From Obrimoposthia wandeli (lineage: Eukaryota): 64,000 nucleotides of DNA. The notes under the pieces are model-generated. The model made no database searches. It saw only the letters and a program-made list of their open reading frames with translations, and had not been told where the DNA came from. A program made the translations under genes and the position numbers. The stretch spans positions 62,001 through 126,000 of the forward strand of contig CDROCS010002422.1 in the NCBI GenBank assembly GCA_977020255.1, read 5' to 3'. Of the stretch, positions 60,258 through 64,000 are shown in pieces; the first letter of the stretch is position 1; each line of letters begins with the position of its first letter.

Positions 60258-60259
60258 TT

Positions 60260-61354
60260 ATGATCAGCGTAGCAATTAAAGAACTTACTGTTCAATACGA
60301 ACACCTTAAAGTGTTAAACAAACTGGATATGGAGATTAAAAAGGGCGAATTTTTAGTCTTACTTGGCGCTTCGGGTTGCGGAAAATCAACCTTGCTTAAC
60401 TGCATTGCTGGTTTACTTGATATCACCGATGGCGAGATTCATATTTCAGGTAAAAATGTCACTTGGGCAGAGCCTTGTGATCGCGGTATCGGCATGGTAT
60501 TTCAATCTTATGCGCTCTACCCGCAAATGACCGTTGAGGGTAATCTTACCTTTGGTTTAAAAAACGCAAAAGTGGCGAAAGAAGAAATCAAAAAAAGAGT
60601 CAGTAAAGTCGCCGATATATTACAAATTGGGCCCTTACTTGCACGCAAACCTGCCGCGCTTTCAGGTGGCCAACGCCAGCGCGTGGCTATTGGCCGTGCC
60701 TTAGTGCGCGACGTTGACGTGTTCTTATTTGACGAACCATTATCTAATTTAGACGCTAAATTACGCGCGGATTTACGGGTTGAATTAAAACGTTTACATC
60801 AGCGCTTAAAAAACACCATCATTTATGTGACTCACGATCAGATTGAAGCGATGACACTGGCGGATCGTATCGCCATTATGAAAGATGGTGTTGTGCAACA
60901 ACTCGACGTACCGCATCGCATTTTCCACTATCCACAAAATCGCTTTGTGGCTGATTTTATTGGATCCCCTTCAATGAACTTTCTTGAGGGGGACCTTGAG
61001 ATCGACACAGTGAGTACCCATTTCACCACGGCAGAGCTTAGATTCGATGTCAGCGATTATGAAATGAATCAAACACAGACAGCACCGCTCGCTTGTAAAG
61101 CAACATTAGGTATTCGCCCTGAAGCGGTGTTGACAGGCGCGGCTGCAAAAGAAGCCCCTTTTAGTCAGCTTATCACTGTCAACTTCGTTGAGCCTATGGG
61201 TTCTGATACGCTAATTTGGACGGTACTGGCAGGTCAAACTTTCCGCTTTAGAATGGATGGTAAAACGACGTTAGCCGCGGGAGAACAGGTGACTATCGGC
61301 TTTGACCCCGCCGGCGGCTCACTATTTGATTTTGTAACTGAACAACGCATTTAA
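60260..61354 (+). CDS. Sugar ABC ATPase (MalK-like)
   Basis: GASGCGKST, LSGGQRQRVAIGRA, DEPLSNLDAKLR. Confidence 0.95.
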   Translation: MISVAIKELTVQYEHLKVLNKLDMEIKKGEFLVLLGASGCGKSTLLNCIAGLLDITDGEIHISGKNVTWAEPCDRGIGMVFQSYALYPQMTVEGNLTFGLKNAKVAKEEIKKRVSKVADILQIGPLLARKPAALSGGQRQRVAIGRALVRDVDVFLFDEPLSNLDAKLRADLRVELKRLHQRLKNTIIYVTHDQIEAMTLADRIAIMKDGVVQQLDVPHRIFHYPQNRFVADFIGSPSMNFLEGDLEIDTVSTHFTTAELRFDVSDYEMNQTQTAPLACKATLGIRPEAVLTGAAAKEAPFSQLITVNFVEPMGSDTLIWTVLAGQTFRFRMDGKTTLAAGEQVTIGFDPAGGSLFDFVTEQRI

Positions 61355-61378
61355 GCTACCTCATTAGGAGAAAAAAAC

Positions 61379-62125
61379 ATGCAAGTCTCTTTCCAACTAT
61401 ACAGCGCTCGCAATGCACCCAATCAAATAGAGTGCTTAGCCCAGCTCGCCACTCTTGGCTATACCCATGTTGAAGGTTTTGCCGGTGTCTATGATAATCC
61501 CGCTGAATATGCTGCTGCTCTTGCAGATAAAAACCTTCATATGCGCTCTGGACACTTTAGTATTCAAGCACTTGAAGAACAGCTTGATCAGGTTTTAAGC
61601 ACTGCGACTACACTATCAATGGAAATGATATTTGCACCCAATTTACAAGTTCACGAGCGCCCTACTGACGCCCAAGGCTGGAAGAATTTCGCACAGCGCC
61701 TTACCGCTATTGGCGACAAAATTAATGCCTCAGGTTTTAAATTTGGTTGGCACAATCATCACTTTGAATTCATTGAACTGCCCTGTGGGCAACTACCCAT
61801 CGACATTTTGCTAGCTAACGCCCCTTCGTTACACTGGGAGGCAGATCTTGCATGGATCCAACGTGCAGGTAAAGACCCTAAAGCTTTTTTAACAGACTAC
61901 GCGGATCGTATCATCGCTATACATGTTAAAGATATCGCCGTTCAGGGCGAAAAAGAAGATGAAGACGGTTGGGCTGATGTCGGCACTGGCATTATGAATT
62001 GGCCTGATTTACTCGCGACTCAACGACGTTTAATCCCCGAGGCTCTGTGTGTCATGGAGCACGATAACCCTAGTGATGTTACGCGCTTTGCACGTGAATC
62101 TATTCGTAATTTGCGGGAGATGTAA
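61379..62125 (+). CDS. Sugar phosphate isomerase/epimerase (xylose isomerase-like TIM barrel)
   Basis: QLYSAR, WHNHHFEF, HVKD, EHD. Confidence 0.9.
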   Translation: MQVSFQLYSARNAPNQIECLAQLATLGYTHVEGFAGVYDNPAEYAAALADKNLHMRSGHFSIQALEEQLDQVLSTATTLSMEMIFAPNLQVHERPTDAQGWKNFAQRLTAIGDKINASGFKFGWHNHHFEFIELPCGQLPIDILLANAPSLHWEADLAWIQRAGKDPKAFLTDYADRIIAIHVKDIAVQGEKEDEDGWADVGTGIMNWPDLLATQRRLIPEALCVMEHDNPSDVTRFARESIRNLREM

Positions 62126-62126
62126 A

Positions 62127-63260
62127 GTGGATTCTCCTCTTCGTGTTGGCATTGTTGGTTGCGGTACTATTTCTGATTCTTATCTGCGCATGGCCAATTT
62201 TTTCAAAGATTACCAAGTAATCGCCTGCGCTGATATCAATCCTGCCTCTGCGCAGAGCAGAGCTGATGAATTCAATATAGAAGCACGTAGTCTTGACGCG
62301 CTTTTCAATGCTGATGACATCGACATTATTGTCAATTTAACCATCCCTAGTGCACATTTTGAAGTCTCTAGAGCAGCGCTAGTCGGCGGCAAGCATGTTT
62401 ACTCAGAAAAACCTTATATTTTGCAGCTAGAAGAAGGAAAAATACTCGCAGAGCTGGCACAGCAAAAAGGATTACGCATTGGTTCAGCTCCCGACACTTT
62501 CCTTGGAGGCAGCCACCAGCAAGCCCGCTCAATAATAGATAGCGGCGACATAGGAGAGATTAGCTCTGGCACGGTTTTCATTATGAACCATGGTATGGAA
62601 AGCTGGCATCCAAACCCAGATTTTTTCTTTCAAGCAGGTGGCGGGCCTGTATTAGATTTGGGTCCTTACTACCTCAGCAATTTAGTGCAATTATTGGGAC
62701 CTGTTAGCCATGTTAAAGCGCTGTCTAGTACCCCATCTGTGGAACGAACCATTGGCAATGGCGCACGCTGTGGTGAAAAAATAGCCGTCACCACGCCCAC
62801 CACCATTCATGCTTTACTGCAATTTGAAAGCGGTGCGCTAATTAACTTCGGTGCAAGTTGGGATGTGTGGGCTCATGAACATAACCCTATTGAACTATAT
62901 GGAAGTCTTGGCAGCCTCTACTTACCTGATCCCAATTTCTTTGGCGGTGAGGTTAAAGTAACGCAACACGCACAAGCAGTCGTTACAGCTGCTTGGCAAC
63001 ATCCATTTTCTATTATCAATGATCGAGATAAAGCGGGAGTTAGCCGTGCTAATTATCGCGGCGCGGGCCTCGCTGATATGGCATTAGCGATTAAAAATGG
63101 AACTGCTCATCGCTGTAACCAGGAGTTTGCCCTGCATATTATCGATGTACTAAACTGTATGCTTGACGCCGCAGAAAATGGCCATAACAGCGAAATATCA
63201 ACGCGCTGTGATCGCCCTATGCCCTTATCGATTGCGCAAGCTAGCAGCCTTATCGCTTAA
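62127..63260 (+). CDS. Gfo/Idh/MocA family oxidoreductase
   Basis: VGIVGCGTIS, GKHVYSEKP, DLGPYY; GTG start just after the previous stop. Confidence 0.92.
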   Translation: MDSPLRVGIVGCGTISDSYLRMANFFKDYQVIACADINPASAQSRADEFNIEARSLDALFNADDIDIIVNLTIPSAHFEVSRAALVGGKHVYSEKPYILQLEEGKILAELAQQKGLRIGSAPDTFLGGSHQQARSIIDSGDIGEISSGTVFIMNHGMESWHPNPDFFFQAGGGPVLDLGPYYLSNLVQLLGPVSHVKALSSTPSVERTIGNGARCGEKIAVTTPTTIHALLQFESGALINFGASWDVWAHEHNPIELYGSLGSLYLPDPNFFGGEVKVTQHAQAVVTAAWQHPFSIINDRDKAGVSRANYRGAGLADMALAIKNGTAHRCNQEFALHIIDVLNCMLDAAENGHNSEISTRCDRPMPLSIAQASSLIA

Positions 63261-63349
63261 TGATAATTAACTCCACAGCCCTGCTGTGGAGGAGCCCTAC
63301 TGCTGATAGTACCGGAAAACTATTGCGCTCAAGAACTGGTCGTTGCTAA

Positions 63350-63377
63350 ATGACTCAACATTATCATGTTGAGTCAT
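63350..63377. terminator. Perfect 12 bp stem hairpin between convergent genes
   Basis: ATGACTCAACAT-TATC-ATGTTGAGTCAT. Confidence 0.55.
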
Positions 63378-63501
63378 CACTCTCATTCACATCAGCAATA
63401 CCCATAAACAACAAATCCTCAATAGGCGCTATATCAGCGCACGATAACAAACAGATCTATCGATAATTTATTGATAATTTATTCAAAGGTAAATCAAGTT
63501 T

Positions 63502-64000
63502 TTATATCGCTGCGGTTGTACCACGTAACTTTAACTCCACCGGTAAAGTGCTATTGGTAGGCTGTGCTTTTCCTGCCAGTAAATCTAATAGGCGCAGCAT
63601 AGCGGTTTCGCCAATCAACTGTCGCGGTTGATGCACGGTGGTTAGCTGTGGTGTACAATATTCACTAAATGGGATGTTATCGAAACCTACTACAGACAGC
63701 TGCTCAGGTACATCAATCCCCAGCTCACGGGCATGTCTTAACACCCCAATTGCCATTTCATCGTTATAACAAAAAATAGCGCTAGGGCGCTCTTTCAAGC
63801 GCAATAAATCGCCCGCCAGATCATAACCTGACTGTAGCGTATAATCGCCTTCACATATGAAATTTTGTGGCAGCGTTAATTGTACACTTTCCATGTAATT
63901 GGCCACGCCTTTCATGCGCGCCAGCGTAATCGCATTATTTGCATGACCGGTGATACAGGCTATTTTTTTATGACCCAATTTTACGAGTAACTCTACCACA
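63502..64000 (-). CDS. LacI family regulator, C-terminal part (5' beyond window)
   Basis: LGHKKIA.ITG, AIFCYNDEMAIG, SVVGFDN, PQLTTVHQP. Confidence 0.92.
   Translation of the reverse strand, partial: VVELLVKLGHKKIACITGHANNAITLARMKGVANYMESVQLTLPQNFICEGDYTLQSGYDLAGDLLRLKERPSAIFCYNDEMAIGVLRHARELGIDVPEQLSVVGFDNIPFSEYCTPQLTTVHQPRQLIGETAMLRLLDLLAGKAQPTNSTLPVELKLRGTTAAI

Noticed and set aside
1-64000. tRNA and rRNA genes
   Set aside because: No cloverleaf, T-loop or rRNA signature noticed

Overview
64 kb of a fairly AT-rich gammaproteobacterial chromosome; gene content and style suggest a marine Psychromonas/Alteromonadales/Vibrionales-like organism (inference). In order: the end of a copper-chaperone/DNR cluster; LysR with an amber-interrupted MFS gene and a VOC gene; ppnP; HDOD; a complete hydroxamate-siderophore uptake cluster with Fur boxes; a block of PLP enzymes and two MocR regulators; two solute-binding proteins; a peptide ABC transporter; a RAYT pseudogene; an LRR-kinase; a very AT-rich defence island (about 35.3-46.2 kb); trpR-trpE-trpG; ubiVU/ubiT; a trans-3-hydroxyproline dehydratase/reductase pair; TetR; ALDH; and a LacI-controlled sugar ABC/oxidoreductase cluster. 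The island holds a solitary integron yefM-yoeB cassette, an uncharacterised three-gene module that includes a CoiA-like nuclease fused to an RstB-like domain, a Lamassu system whose ATPase gene contains a scrambled-looking ~390 bp segment, and a Septu-like ATPase/HNH pair split by IS200. Non-coding DNA is rich in small mobile or repeat elements: a 5x100 bp tandem array that includes a copy of a gene 3' end, an IS5-type MITE, ~390 bp direct repeats with a REPIN-like indel, an ISL3 stub and a heptamer VNTR. No rRNA, tRNA or CRISPR array was seen. All family assignments come from motif recognition by eye, not database searches.
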